Under the pieces are notes generated by a model. The model saw only the letters and a program-made list of their open reading frames with translations, was not told where the DNA came from and made no database searches. Positions 17,527 through 26,840 of a DNA stretch of 64,000 nucleotides are shown piece by piece (the stretch's first letter is position 1; every line of letters starts with the position of its first letter). The DNA is from Longimicrobiales bacterium (lineage in GTDB: Bacteria; Gemmatimonadota; Gemmatimonadetes; Longimicrobiales; Gaopeijiaceae), in NCBI GenBank assembly GCA_965116905.1, contig OZ220732.1:2720001-2784000 (forward strand), read 5' to 3'. The position numbers and the translations under genes were made by a program.

Positions 17527-17987
17527 GTCAATGGCCCGGTTGCGAAGTGATCACTGGGCGACGAATAAGTCTCGCGTCCACGCGCCCGGGGGGCAACGTC
17601 GGCTGCGTGTTCGATTCCGCACACCATCGTCCCGTTTCCGATCGCCCGCGAAACGAGTCCCGGAGGACCTATGGGCACTCTAAGCGATTTTTTGACAAAT
17701 ACATACGGAATCAGCCCGATGACTGGCACGCTTCTTCCAGTAAGGAGGCTCGGATCGGTGGTGTGGCTCCGGCCGGGCTTTCCGGGTGGTGAGGCGGTGT
17801 GGTAGGGTGAAGGCATCCGGTCGGAGCCCGACCCGCCCGGGCGATGCCGGGAACAGGGCCGGCGAAAGAAACCGTGCACCGGCCCACAGCGTATGATGTT
17901 GCAGACAGGGAATGCTACAGACAGGGAGCCTGCCGTCGTTTTCTGCATGGCAGACCGGTTCGGGGAAACCGACTTCATTCGATACAC

Positions 17988-18743
17988 ATGATCCACGAGC
18001 GTCGCGAAGGAAAGTCGCCGACGACGCCCCTGATAAGCCTGGCGTCGCTCAGCAAGGTCTTCCACACGGATGAGGTCGAGACCCACGCACTCTCCAACGT
18101 CACCCTGGGTATCGAACGCGCCGAGTTCGTATCGATCGCCGGGCCTTCCGGTTGCGGCAAGACCACGCTCCTGTCGATCCTCGGCCTGCTCGACTCTCCC
18201 ACCGGGGGCACCTACCTGCTTGACGGCAAACCGGTGGAGCGACTGTCGGCCGCGCAGAGGGCGAGAATCCGCAACCAGTCCATCGGCTTCATCTTCCAGG
18301 CGTTCAACCTGATCGGCGACCTCACCGTTTTCGAGAACGTCGAACTTCCCCTGAGCTATCGGGGAATGCCGGGTCCGGAACGGAGGCACAGGATTCGGAG
18401 GTCCCTGGAGCGAGTGGGCATGGCGCACAGAATCAACCACTACCCCTCACAGCTCTCGGGCGGTCAGCAACAGCGGGTCGCGGTTGCCCGTGCCATTGTG
18501 GGCAAGCCCCTGATCCTGCTTGCCGATGAGCCCACCGGCAACCTGGACTCCAGGAACGGACACGCGGTCATGGCCCTCCTTCATGAACTTCACAACGAAG
18601 GAGCGACGATCTGCATGGTCACGCATGATCCGCGCTATGCCCACTCGGCCGACCGGACGATCCATCTGTTCGACGGTCAGGTCGTGGACGAAGGGGACAG
18701 CCGGAGCGCCCATCAGCTGGAGCAAAGCGGCTTCGACATCTGA
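17988..18743 (+). CDS. ABC transporter ATP-binding protein (LolD/MacB-type), no adjacent permease
   Basis: GPSGCGKT, LSGGQQQR, LLADEPTGNLD, VTHD. Confidence 0.93.
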   Translation: MIHERREGKSPTTPLISLASLSKVFHTDEVETHALSNVTLGIERAEFVSIAGPSGCGKTTLLSILGLLDSPTGGTYLLDGKPVERLSAAQRARIRNQSIGFIFQAFNLIGDLTVFENVELPLSYRGMPGPERRHRIRRSLERVGMAHRINHYPSQLSGGQQQRVAVARAIVGKPLILLADEPTGNLDSRNGHAVMALLHELHNEGATICMVTHDPRYAHSADRTIHLFDGQVVDEGDSRSAHQLEQSGFDI

Positions 18744-18883
18744 ACGGGAAGGGTGGCCGCCCGACAGGCTCGCAACTGCTCCGCTCCCACCCCGTCGGTG
18801 CAAACAGGGGACACTCCGGCTTAACTTGTTACGGCAGCCGATTCCCGGCTGCATTGCCGACCGCCCAGAGAATTGTGTAGCGA

Positions 18884-19303
18884 ATGCCTGTTGCAGAGAG
18901 GAAGATCCGGGTGCTGGTAGCAAAACCCGGCCTGGATGGACACGACCGCGGGGCGAAGGTCATCGCCGCCGCATTCCGCGATGCGGGCTTCGAGGTCATC
19001 TACACGGGATTGCATCAGACGCCCGAGATGGTCGTTGCGGCCGCGGTCCAGGAAGACGTGGACGTAGTGGCGATGTCGGTGCTCTCGGGGGCGCATATGA
19101 CGCTCTTCCCCAGGGTTCGTGAGCTGCTCGACCGAGAGGGACTGCAGCGTGTCCTTCTGACGGGTGGTGGTATCATCTCGCGCGAAGACGCGGTCTCACT
19201 CGGAGAAAAGGGCGTGGGGCGCGTATTCGGGCCCGGGACGGCCACCGTCGAGGCGATCGACTATATCCGTCAGTGGTTCGCCGAAAATGTGGATCCCTAT
19301 TAG
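18884..19303 (+). CDS. Stand-alone cobalamin-binding domain (acyl-CoA mutase small subunit type)
   Basis: [14 protein letters not shown] (DxHxxG), SVLSGAH, GGII. Confidence 0.92.
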   Translation: MPVAERKIRVLVAKPGLDGHDRGAKVIAAAFRDAGFEVIYTGLHQTPEMVVAAAVQEDVDVVAMSVLSGAHMTLFPRVRELLDREGLQRVLLTGGGIISREDAVSLGEKGVGRVFGPGTATVEAIDYIRQWFAENVDPY

Positions 19304-19347
19304 TGTCGTGCACCGGGACCCGATGCTAGCCTGCCGGGGTTGAATCC

Positions 19348-20973
19348 GTGGACACGGGCCGCCTTGCACGCCTGGGCGCGGAGCTCGAGGAACTCCGGCG
19401 CCATCTGCGGCTCGGAGGCGGCACCGACAAGATCCGCCGGCAACGCGAGAAGGGGAAGCTGACGGCGAGGGATCGACTGCATCTCCTGCTGGACCCCGAC
19501 ACGACGTGGTTCGAGGTGGGACTGCTTGTCGCGCACGACCGTTACGACGGCAACGCGCCCGGCGCCGGGGTGGTCACGGGGGTAGGTGTGGTGGAGGGCA
19601 GAGAGGTGGTGGTGGTCGCCAACGACGCAACGGTGAAGGCGGGCTCGTGGTGGCCGGAGACCATCCGGAAGATGCTGCGGGCGCAGGAAATCGCCATGCG
19701 CTGCCGCATCCCCATCATCTACCTGGTCGATTCCGCCGGCGTCAATCTGCCGTACCAGGGAGGGGTGTTTCCCGGGCAATACGGAGCGGCGAGGATCTTC
19801 TACTACAACTCGATCATGCGCCGGTACCTGAAGATCCCGCAGTTCGCGGCGGTGATGGGCCCCTGCATTGCGGGGGGTGCGTATCTGCCGGCCCTGTCCG
19901 ATGTCATGCTGATGGTCGAAGGTACCAGCTTCATGGGGCTCGGGGGACCGAACCTGGTCATGGGAGCGACCGGTCAGTCCGTCGGCAGGGAGGAGCTGGG
20001 TGGCGCATCCGTCCATACCGGTGTCAGCGGCGTGGCGCATTATCGCGTGGAAGATGACGAAGCGTGCATCGCGCGGCTCAGGGAACTCGTGGCGGAACTG
20101 CCGGACGGCGACACGCACCGGCGTGCCGCGGCAACCTTGCCGGCCCCGGTTCGTCCGGCCAACGACCTCTACCAGCTGCTGCCCGACGACCACCGGCAAC
20201 CCTATGACATGGGCGCCTTCCTGGAGGTGTTGCTCGACGAGGGGGGACTGTCGGAATTCCAGCCCGAACACGCGGCCGAACTGATCTGTGGCACGGGTTC
20301 CGTGTCGGGGTGCCGGGTCGGCGTCATCGCCAATCGCCGCGGCATGATCCGGGACGGCCGCAAAGGACCGGCGCGTTTCGGCGGGATCGTCTATTCCGAG
20401 TCGGCAGAGAAGGCCGCCTACTTCATCGACACGATGAGCCGCCACGGCACGCCCATCATCTTTGTCCAGGATGTTTCCGGGTTCATGGTGGGCGTCGACG
20501 CCGAGCACAGCGGGATCATCCGGGCCGGCGCCCGCTTCGTGGAGGCCATGGCTACCGCGTTGGTGCCCAAGATCGTGCTGACACTCAATCACGCCTCGGG
20601 TGCCGGCTACTACGCGATGGCGGGGCAGGGGTTCGACCCCGACTTCATCCTCACGCTCCCGACCGGACGCATGGGGGTCATGGAGGGAGAGAGCGCGGTC
20701 GTCGCGCTCTTCGGGGCGGAGCTGGAGCGCCTCAGGGCAGAGGGGAAGACGCCCGACGAGGACCTGACCGGGCGCATGGACGCCGTGCGGGCCGAGTACG
20801 ACCGTCAGCTGGACGCGACGTACGCAGCCGCGAGGGGCTTTGTGGACGCGGTCGTGCTCCCCGAGGAGATCCGGGAGGTCGTTGCACTGCTGTTGCGGGC
20901 GGCGCGCGGCAACCCGGGACCGCACCTCGGGCCGTTCGTGCTGCCGCCGGGACTGGACGGCAGATACCCGTGA
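19348..20973 (+). CDS. Acyl-CoA carboxylase carboxyltransferase subunit (MccB/AtuC-like)
   Basis: GKLTARDR, VANDATVKAG, LVDSAG, CIAGGAY, QDVSGFMVG, GAGYYAM. Confidence 0.9.
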   Translation: MDTGRLARLGAELEELRRHLRLGGGTDKIRRQREKGKLTARDRLHLLLDPDTTWFEVGLLVAHDRYDGNAPGAGVVTGVGVVEGREVVVVANDATVKAGSWWPETIRKMLRAQEIAMRCRIPIIYLVDSAGVNLPYQGGVFPGQYGAARIFYYNSIMRRYLKIPQFAAVMGPCIAGGAYLPALSDVMLMVEGTSFMGLGGPNLVMGATGQSVGREELGGASVHTGVSGVAHYRVEDDEACIARLRELVAELPDGDTHRRAAATLPAPVRPANDLYQLLPDDHRQPYDMGAFLEVLLDEGGLSEFQPEHAAELICGTGSVSGCRVGVIANRRGMIRDGRKGPARFGGIVYSESAEKAAYFIDTMSRHGTPIIFVQDVSGFMVGVDAEHSGIIRAGARFVEAMATALVPKIVLTLNHASGAGYYAMAGQGFDPDFILTLPTGRMGVMEGESAVVALFGAELERLRAEGKTPDEDLTGRMDAVRAEYDRQLDATYAAARGFVDAVVLPEEIREVVALLLRAARGNPGPHLGPFVLPPGLDGRYP

Positions 20974-22376
20974 GCACTGCGCGTGGCGGGCGACCGGCCT
21001 CATCCCCCCGGACCGTGCGGATCGCCAGCGGTCAGGGCTTCTGGGGAGACGACCTGGAGGCGCCGGTCCGTCAGGTCCAGGGTGGCCGGATCGACTACCT
21101 GATGCTGGACTACCTTGCCGAAGTGACGATGTCGATCATGCGGAGGCAGCAGTTGCGCGATCCTGCCGCGGGGTACGCCCGCGACTTCGTACCCCTGATG
21201 GAGAGGATCTTCAACGACTGCGTGGAACGCGACATCCGGGTCGTGACCAACGCCGGCGGCGTCAACCCGGCCGAATGCGCGAGGGCGGTGGCGGAGGCGG
21301 GGCGCCGGGCAGGTGTCGAGGGGCGGGCCCGCATCGGCGTCGTGACCGGTGACGACCTCATGGACCGGCTCGACGACCTCATCGCGGCCGGGCACCCCCT
21401 GGCGCACATGGAGAACGGGGAGCCGCTGGAGTCGGTCCGCCACCGGGTCCGCAGCGCAAACGTCTATCTGGGCGCGCGGCCGATCGTGGAGGCGTTGGGG
21501 CGGGGAGCCCTCATCGTCGTCACCGGCCGGTCGACCGACACGGCACTCACCTACGCCCCCATGGCCTGGGAGTTCGGCTGGCCCTGGGACGCGTACGACC
21601 TTCTCGCCAGCGGCGTTGTGGCGGGACACATCAACGAATGCGGGGCCCAGGCCAGCGGCGGCAATTGCTCGGCCGAGTGGTGGACAATCCCGGATCTCGC
21701 CCGCGTCGGCTTCCCGATCATCGAGGCGGGTGCCGACGGCGGCTTCGTGGTCACCAGGCACCCCGAATCGGGGGGTGTCGTGAGCCTGCGCACCGTCAAG
21801 GAGCAGCTTCTCTACGAAATGGGTGACCCCGCGAGCTACATTACCCCTGACGTCATTGCGGATTTTACCACAATACGCCTCGCGCCTGCAGGTGCCGACC
21901 GCGTCCGCGTGGACGGGGTTCGCGGCGGACCGCCCACCCCGTCTCTCAAGGTGTCGGTCGCCTACTCCGCGGGGTACAAGGCGGTCGGAACCCTGGTCTA
22001 CGCGTGGCCCGACGCAGCCGCCAAGGCAAGGGCCGCGGCCCGGATCCTGCGGGAGCGCCTGGACCGGCTGGGTCTCGTTTTCGCTAGAGTATTGGTAGAA
22101 CTTGTCGGCTGGGATGCCACCCACGGACACCTGGCGGGGGAACCACCGCCGGATCTGCCCGAGGTCCAGCTGCGTGTCGGCGTCAGAGGCCGGGACCGCA
22201 GTGCGGTCGAGCGCTTCAGCCGCGAGATCGCCCCGCTGGTCCTGACGGGACCTCCTTCGGTTACGGGCTTCGCGGGCGGGAGGCCCAGGGTTCAGGAGAT
22301 CGTCGCCTTTTGGCCCGCGCTCATTGAGCGGACCGCTGTGGAGCCGCATCTCGCCGTGGACGTCGTCGAGGTATGA
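20970..22376 (+). CDS. AtuA family (DUF1446) protein
   Basis: RIASGQGFWGD, DYLAEVT, NAGGVNP, GHINECGAQ, EQLLYE, YITPDV; GTGA overlap. Confidence 0.9.
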   Translation: MSTARGGRPASSPRTVRIASGQGFWGDDLEAPVRQVQGGRIDYLMLDYLAEVTMSIMRRQQLRDPAAGYARDFVPLMERIFNDCVERDIRVVTNAGGVNPAECARAVAEAGRRAGVEGRARIGVVTGDDLMDRLDDLIAAGHPLAHMENGEPLESVRHRVRSANVYLGARPIVEALGRGALIVVTGRSTDTALTYAPMAWEFGWPWDAYDLLASGVVAGHINECGAQASGGNCSAEWWTIPDLARVGFPIIEAGADGGFVVTRHPESGGVVSLRTVKEQLLYEMGDPASYITPDVIADFTTIRLAPAGADRVRVDGVRGGPPTPSLKVSVAYSAGYKAVGTLVYAWPDAAAKARAAARILRERLDRLGLVFARVLVELVGWDATHGHLAGEPPPDLPEVQLRVGVRGRDRSAVERFSREIAPLVLTGPPSVTGFAGGRPRVQEIVAFWPALIERTAVEPHLAVDVVEV

Positions 22377-22441
22377 AGGGGAGCATGACGTGACCGCTGG
22401 CGGAAGAGCATTCGGGATCGACTTCCAGAGGAGTGCGGGCC

Positions 22442-22825
22442 TTGCCTAGGATACCGTTACTGGAGCTGGCCCACGCCCGGTCTGGAGACAAGGGCGATAC
22501 GGCCAATATCGGACTGATCGCATACGATCAGATAGACTATCCACTTATTTTGAAACAAGTTACGGCAGAACGTGTAAAGCAGCACTTCGGGTCTCTGGTG
22601 CGTGGGCCGGTGGAGCGTTTCGAGCTCGCCAATCTCTGCGCGGTGAACTTCCTCCTCCATGGCGCCCTGGACGGGGGCGGCACCGTCTCCCTGATGACCG
22701 ACGCGCAGGGAAAGGTGTTCAGCACGGCCCTGCTTCGCATGGAGATCGAGGTCCCCGAAGAGGTGGCGATCCGCGTGAGCGGCCGTGGCCGCCATCCGGT
22801 ACGGGGAAAGGCGGACGCGCCGTGA
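22442..22825 (+). CDS. AtuA-related small protein
   Basis: AHARSGDKGDTANIG, ALDGGG...DAQGK; GAGGAG before TTG. Confidence 0.85.
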   Translation: MPRIPLLELAHARSGDKGDTANIGLIAYDQIDYPLILKQVTAERVKQHFGSLVRGPVERFELANLCAVNFLLHGALDGGGTVSLMTDAQGKVFSTALLRMEIEVPEEVAIRVSGRGRHPVRGKADAP

Positions 22826-23604
22826 GCCGGGCCATGGATGTCCCGTCGGTGTCGCGGCAATTCGCCGCGGGCGTAGCCATATTGACGCTACAACGTGAGC
22901 ACAAGAGGAACGCCCTGAACGCGGCGCTGGTCGGTGAGCTCCGCGAGGCGCTCGCGGCGGCCGACGGAGACGAGTCGGTCCGCGTGATCGCGATCCGGGG
23001 TGCCGGGAGGGACTTCTGCGCCGGTGCCGACCTCGAGGAGATCGCCGCGTCACAGGCAGGGGGACTCGAGGCGGCGCGGACCGATGCCCAGCACCTCGGA
23101 GCGCTGTTCCGGGAGATGCGGCAGGCCTCCAGGCCGGTGGTTGCGGTCGTGCGGGGGCGGGCGCTGGGCGGCGGATGCGGCCTGGCGACGGCCTGCGATC
23201 TGGTCCTGGCAAGCGAGACGGCGGCGTTCGGGTATCCAGAGGTGCATCTTGGTTTCGTGCCGGCGCTCGTGATGGCCATGCTGAGAAGGAAGGTCGGGGA
23301 ATCGGCTGCGTTCGAGCTGGCCGTGCGGGGCCACCGGATCGATGCGGCGGAGGCGGCGTCCATCGGCCTGGTCACCCGCGTGTTCCCCGAGGCGGGATTT
23401 CAGACAGCGGTGGACGACTACTTGCGTGATCTCGCGAGCCGCCCCCCCGGAGCGGTTTCTCTGACCAAGCGTCTCTTCTACGGCATCGAGGGCGCCGGCT
23501 TCGGCGACGCCATCGCACGGGGAGCCGAGGTGAATGCCGCCGCTCGGTTGACCGACGAGTGCCGCGAAGGCGTCCGCCGTTTCCTGCGAAAGAAGGGCGG
23601 CTGA
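22822..23604 (+). CDS. Enoyl-CoA hydratase/isomerase (methylglutaconyl-CoA hydratase-like)
   Basis: KRNALN, FCAGADL, ALGGGCGL, FGYPEV. Confidence 0.88.
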   Translation: MSRAMDVPSVSRQFAAGVAILTLQREHKRNALNAALVGELREALAAADGDESVRVIAIRGAGRDFCAGADLEEIAASQAGGLEAARTDAQHLGALFREMRQASRPVVAVVRGRALGGGCGLATACDLVLASETAAFGYPEVHLGFVPALVMAMLRRKVGESAAFELAVRGHRIDAAEAASIGLVTRVFPEAGFQTAVDDYLRDLASRPPGAVSLTKRLFYGIEGAGFGDAIARGAEVNAAARLTDECREGVRRFLRKKGG

Positions 23605-23615
23605 GGGCTCACAAG

Positions 23616-23810
23616 ATGTTTCGTCCGTCCAGCTACAAGTCCGGGGAGCCGGACCGATTCCTGACGTGGAAAGTCCGCGCGTTCGTGATCGGGGCCGCGC
23701 TGGCCCTTGCGGGGATGGCGTTCGCGGTCGACTGGCTCGTGTGGTCCGGGATCGGGGTTCTGGCCCTTGGGCTGTTGCTTCGCTTCCTGCCCGCACGAGA
23801 CGACTCCTGA
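23616..23810 (+). CDS. Small two-TM membrane protein
   Basis: 64 aa with two hydrophobic helices and GC-rich third positions; fills the operon gap. Confidence 0.65.
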   Translation: MFRPSSYKSGEPDRFLTWKVRAFVIGAALALAGMAFAVDWLVWSGIGVLALGLLLRFLPARDDS

Positions 23811-23879
23811 CCCGGGCCACCTGGACGCCGTCCCACCAGACCATTCCCGTGTCCCGTGATTCTCGCTTCGTTGCCGGGC

Positions 23880-25400
23880 ATGGCAACGAGGGACGACCGC
23901 TCTCTGGCGCGTGACGCCCGCGCAATCCTGAGGGCGAAATTCGGATTCGACGGTTTCAGGCCGGGGCAGGAACGCCTGATCGTCAGCGTTCTGTCGGGCA
24001 GGGACACGCTGGGCGTACTCCCGACGGGCGGAGGCAAGACCCTGTGCTACCAGCTTCCCGCGTTCATGTTGACGGGCGTCGTGCTGGTGGTCAGCCCGCT
24101 CATTTCGCTGATGAAGGATCAGGTCGACCGCGCGCGCCGCATCGGGCTGCGGGCGGCCTCGCTCACGTCCCAGGATCCGCGCGACGCGCAACTGCGGTAC
24201 GAACGCCTGCTCCGACAGGGGCAGCTCGATCTCCTCTTCTGCTCGCCGGAGCGCCTGGAAGCGCCGCGGCTCCGGGATATCCTGCGCCGCACGGGGGTCT
24301 CGCTGATCACCGTCGACGAAGCCCACTGCATTTCTGAATGGGGTCACGAGTTTCGCCCGGCGTTCCGCCGCATGCTGCCGCTCCGCGAGATCGTCGCCGC
24401 ACCGGTGCTGGCTGTGACCGCCACCGCCACGCCGGCGGTCCGGGACGACATCGTACGGGTGCTGGGAATGAACGACCCGGCGAGGGTCGTCACCTCCTTC
24501 GACCGCCCCAACATCCGCTGGATGGTGGCGAGGCGGAGATCCGGTCCCGAGCGCATCCGCGCCATGGTCCGCCTGGTCCGGCGAGCCCCTCCGGAGTGTG
24601 CCGCGCGGGCGCTGATCGTCTATGCACCTACGCGGCGCCTCGTCGTGAGCGTGCGCAGGGCTCTGGCCAGCCGGGGCGTGGTTGGCGACGCCTATCACGC
24701 GGCTCTCCCCGGCGAGGAACGTCAGGCGGTCCAGGAGCGTTTCATGTCGGGAGCCTCGAACGTGGTTGTGGCGACGTGCGCTTTCGGCATGGGGATCGAC
24801 CGCGGCGACGTATGGGCCGTCTTCCACTACGCCTTCCCCGGTTCGCTGGAGAGCTATTACCAGGAGGCCGGGCGAGCCGGACGCGACGGTACCGACTCAC
24901 TGGCGCTGGGCTTCGTGCACCGGGACGACTGGCGTGTTCCGGAGGGTTTTCTGGCGCGCGCCTACCCCAGGCCACGAGACGTGCTGGCCCTGCTGCGGAA
25001 ACTCCGGGCATCCGGGCGGGCGTGGCCGGGCGCCTCGGGGCGACGGGCCCCGGTCCCGGACGACGGCAACGCGCCTCATTTCAAGTGGCTCATGCGCTCC
25101 GGTGCCCTTCGGCTCGATCCGGCGCTGGCCGAGTGGGTGGCCAACTGGCCCGATGGTGAGTCGGAGGGCCCGCCCCGCGTCGGGGGACGCGCCATCGTCG
25201 TCACGGGTGAGGCCCCCGATCTCGGTCCGCTCGTGGCCGCGCGCGGCCAGGCCGTGGACCGTTTGAAGGCCATGAGACACTACTGCGGCCGCCGGGGATG
25301 CCGGAGATTGGCGCTTTTGCGTTACCTTGGAGAAGTGCCCGGCTGGCGGTCATGCGGCTCGTGCGACAGGTGCGAGCGTCGCTGGGGCTTCAGGCGCTGA
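23880..25400 (+). CDS. recQ: RecQ-family ATP-dependent DNA helicase (no HRDC evident)
   Basis: PTGGGKT, VDEAHCISEWGHEFRP, QEAGRAGRDG, C-terminal CRR...CGSCDRC Zn site. Confidence 0.88.
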   Translation: MATRDDRSLARDARAILRAKFGFDGFRPGQERLIVSVLSGRDTLGVLPTGGGKTLCYQLPAFMLTGVVLVVSPLISLMKDQVDRARRIGLRAASLTSQDPRDAQLRYERLLRQGQLDLLFCSPERLEAPRLRDILRRTGVSLITVDEAHCISEWGHEFRPAFRRMLPLREIVAAPVLAVTATATPAVRDDIVRVLGMNDPARVVTSFDRPNIRWMVARRRSGPERIRAMVRLVRRAPPECAARALIVYAPTRRLVVSVRRALASRGVVGDAYHAALPGEERQAVQERFMSGASNVVVATCAFGMGIDRGDVWAVFHYAFPGSLESYYQEAGRAGRDGTDSLALGFVHRDDWRVPEGFLARAYPRPRDVLALLRKLRASGRAWPGASGRRAPVPDDGNAPHFKWLMRSGALRLDPALAEWVANWPDGESEGPPRVGGRAIVVTGEAPDLGPLVAARGQAVDRLKAMRHYCGRRGCRRLALLRYLGEVPGWRSCGSCDRCERRWGFRR

Positions 25401-25439
25401 ACACCGGCCGGCCGAGAATCATCCCTTTTTCGCTGCTCG

Positions 25440-26651
25440 ATGTTCCCATACCTGGACCGCGGTCACATAGATCTCCAGGCCGATGTGCGCCGTTTTGCGC
25501 TCGAGGCCGTCGCTCCCGTGGCGCGGGAGCTCGACGAGACCGGCCGTTTTCCGTGGGACAATGTCAAGGCAATGGCCGAACGCGGCTGGCTCGGCGTCCC
25601 CGTGCCCTGCGAGCTGTCCGGAATGGGACTCGACTATCTCAGCTACGTCCTTGTCGTCGAGGAGCTTGCCCGACACGACGCCAGTCACGCGATCACGGTC
25701 TCCGCGCACACGACCCTGGGCACGGCGCCCATTCTCGCATTCGGATCGGATGCCCAGAAGGAGCGGTTCATACCGCTGCTGGCCTCCGGACAGGTGCTGG
25801 GCGGATTCGGGCTGACCGAACCCGGTGCCGGCTCGGACGCTTCCGGCACGCGCACGAGAGCCGTGGCCGCGGACGGTGGCTACAGCATCACCGGCAGCAA
25901 GATCTTCATCACGCACTCGGGCGTGGGCGAGATCTTCGTGGTCACCGCCGTGACGACACCGGATCGGGGCCATCGCGGGATCACCAGCTTCATCGTGTGC
26001 AAGCCGACGTGCGACCTGGAAGAGTCGGCGCGAGTCGGCGTGGGGCACCGTCCCGAGCTTCCGTATTCGGCCGGTGTCACTCCGGGAGCCCGCGAAGACA
26101 AGCTCGGCTGGCGGGCTTCGGACACCCGCGAACTCCACCTGCAGGACGCCTGGGTCTGCCAGGACCAGCGGCTGGGGCCCGAGGGCGAAGGGTTCACGAA
26201 CTTCATGCGTACGCTCGATGCCGGCCGTATCGGCATTGCAGCGCTCTCGCTCGGAATCGCACAGGGGGCTCTGGACGAGGCGGTCCGATACACAGGTCGG
26301 AGGCGCCAGTTCAAGCGACCCGTCTGGGATTTCCAGGACATCCGGTTTTCGCTGGCCGAAGTTGCCGCGGCGATCCAGGGCGCTCGGCATCTGACCTATC
26401 ACGCGGCCTGGCTCAAGGACAGGGACCTCCCCTTCGCGAAGGAAGCGGCCATGGCGAAACTCACCGCGTCGGAGCTGGCGGCAAGGTCGGCTCGCGTGGC
26501 GGTGCAGGCGCTTGGCGGCGCGGGCTACACCACCGATCACCCCGTCGAGCGGATGATGCGGGACGCGAAGGCCTGCGAGATCGGAGAGGGCACCAGCGAA
26601 ATCCAGAAAACCGTAATTGCCCGGCACCTTGCACGGGAATACGCCTCATGA
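25440..26651 (+). CDS. Acyl-CoA dehydrogenase
   Basis: GLTEPGAGSD, GSKIFIT, KLGWRAS, GRIGIAA, IGEGTSEIQ. Confidence 0.93.
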   Translation: MFPYLDRGHIDLQADVRRFALEAVAPVARELDETGRFPWDNVKAMAERGWLGVPVPCELSGMGLDYLSYVLVVEELARHDASHAITVSAHTTLGTAPILAFGSDAQKERFIPLLASGQVLGGFGLTEPGAGSDASGTRTRAVAADGGYSITGSKIFITHSGVGEIFVVTAVTTPDRGHRGITSFIVCKPTCDLEESARVGVGHRPELPYSAGVTPGAREDKLGWRASDTRELHLQDAWVCQDQRLGPEGEGFTNFMRTLDAGRIGIAALSLGIAQGALDEAVRYTGRRRQFKRPVWDFQDIRFSLAEVAAAIQGARHLTYHAAWLKDRDLPFAKEAAMAKLTASELAARSARVAVQALGGAGYTTDHPVERMMRDAKACEIGEGTSEIQKTVIARHLAREYAS

Positions 26652-26840
26652 TTCGTCCAGTCGGTTCGGGTCATGCGGCGCTCTCCGAGGTGCCGAGACG
26701 AATTCATGATCCAAGGTTCGGAGGCGTTGTCGCCGAGCCCGGTCGCCGGCTTGCGTACCACGCCCGACTGTGGCGGTTGCGTGGCCGGGGCGGGCGGCAC
26801 AGGCGCCGACCGATCACGGATCCACAGTGGGAGAGACGAA

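Noticed and set aside
17692..17720. Perfect TTGACA -35 box
   Set aside because: No acceptable -10 hexamer at 16-18 bp spacing
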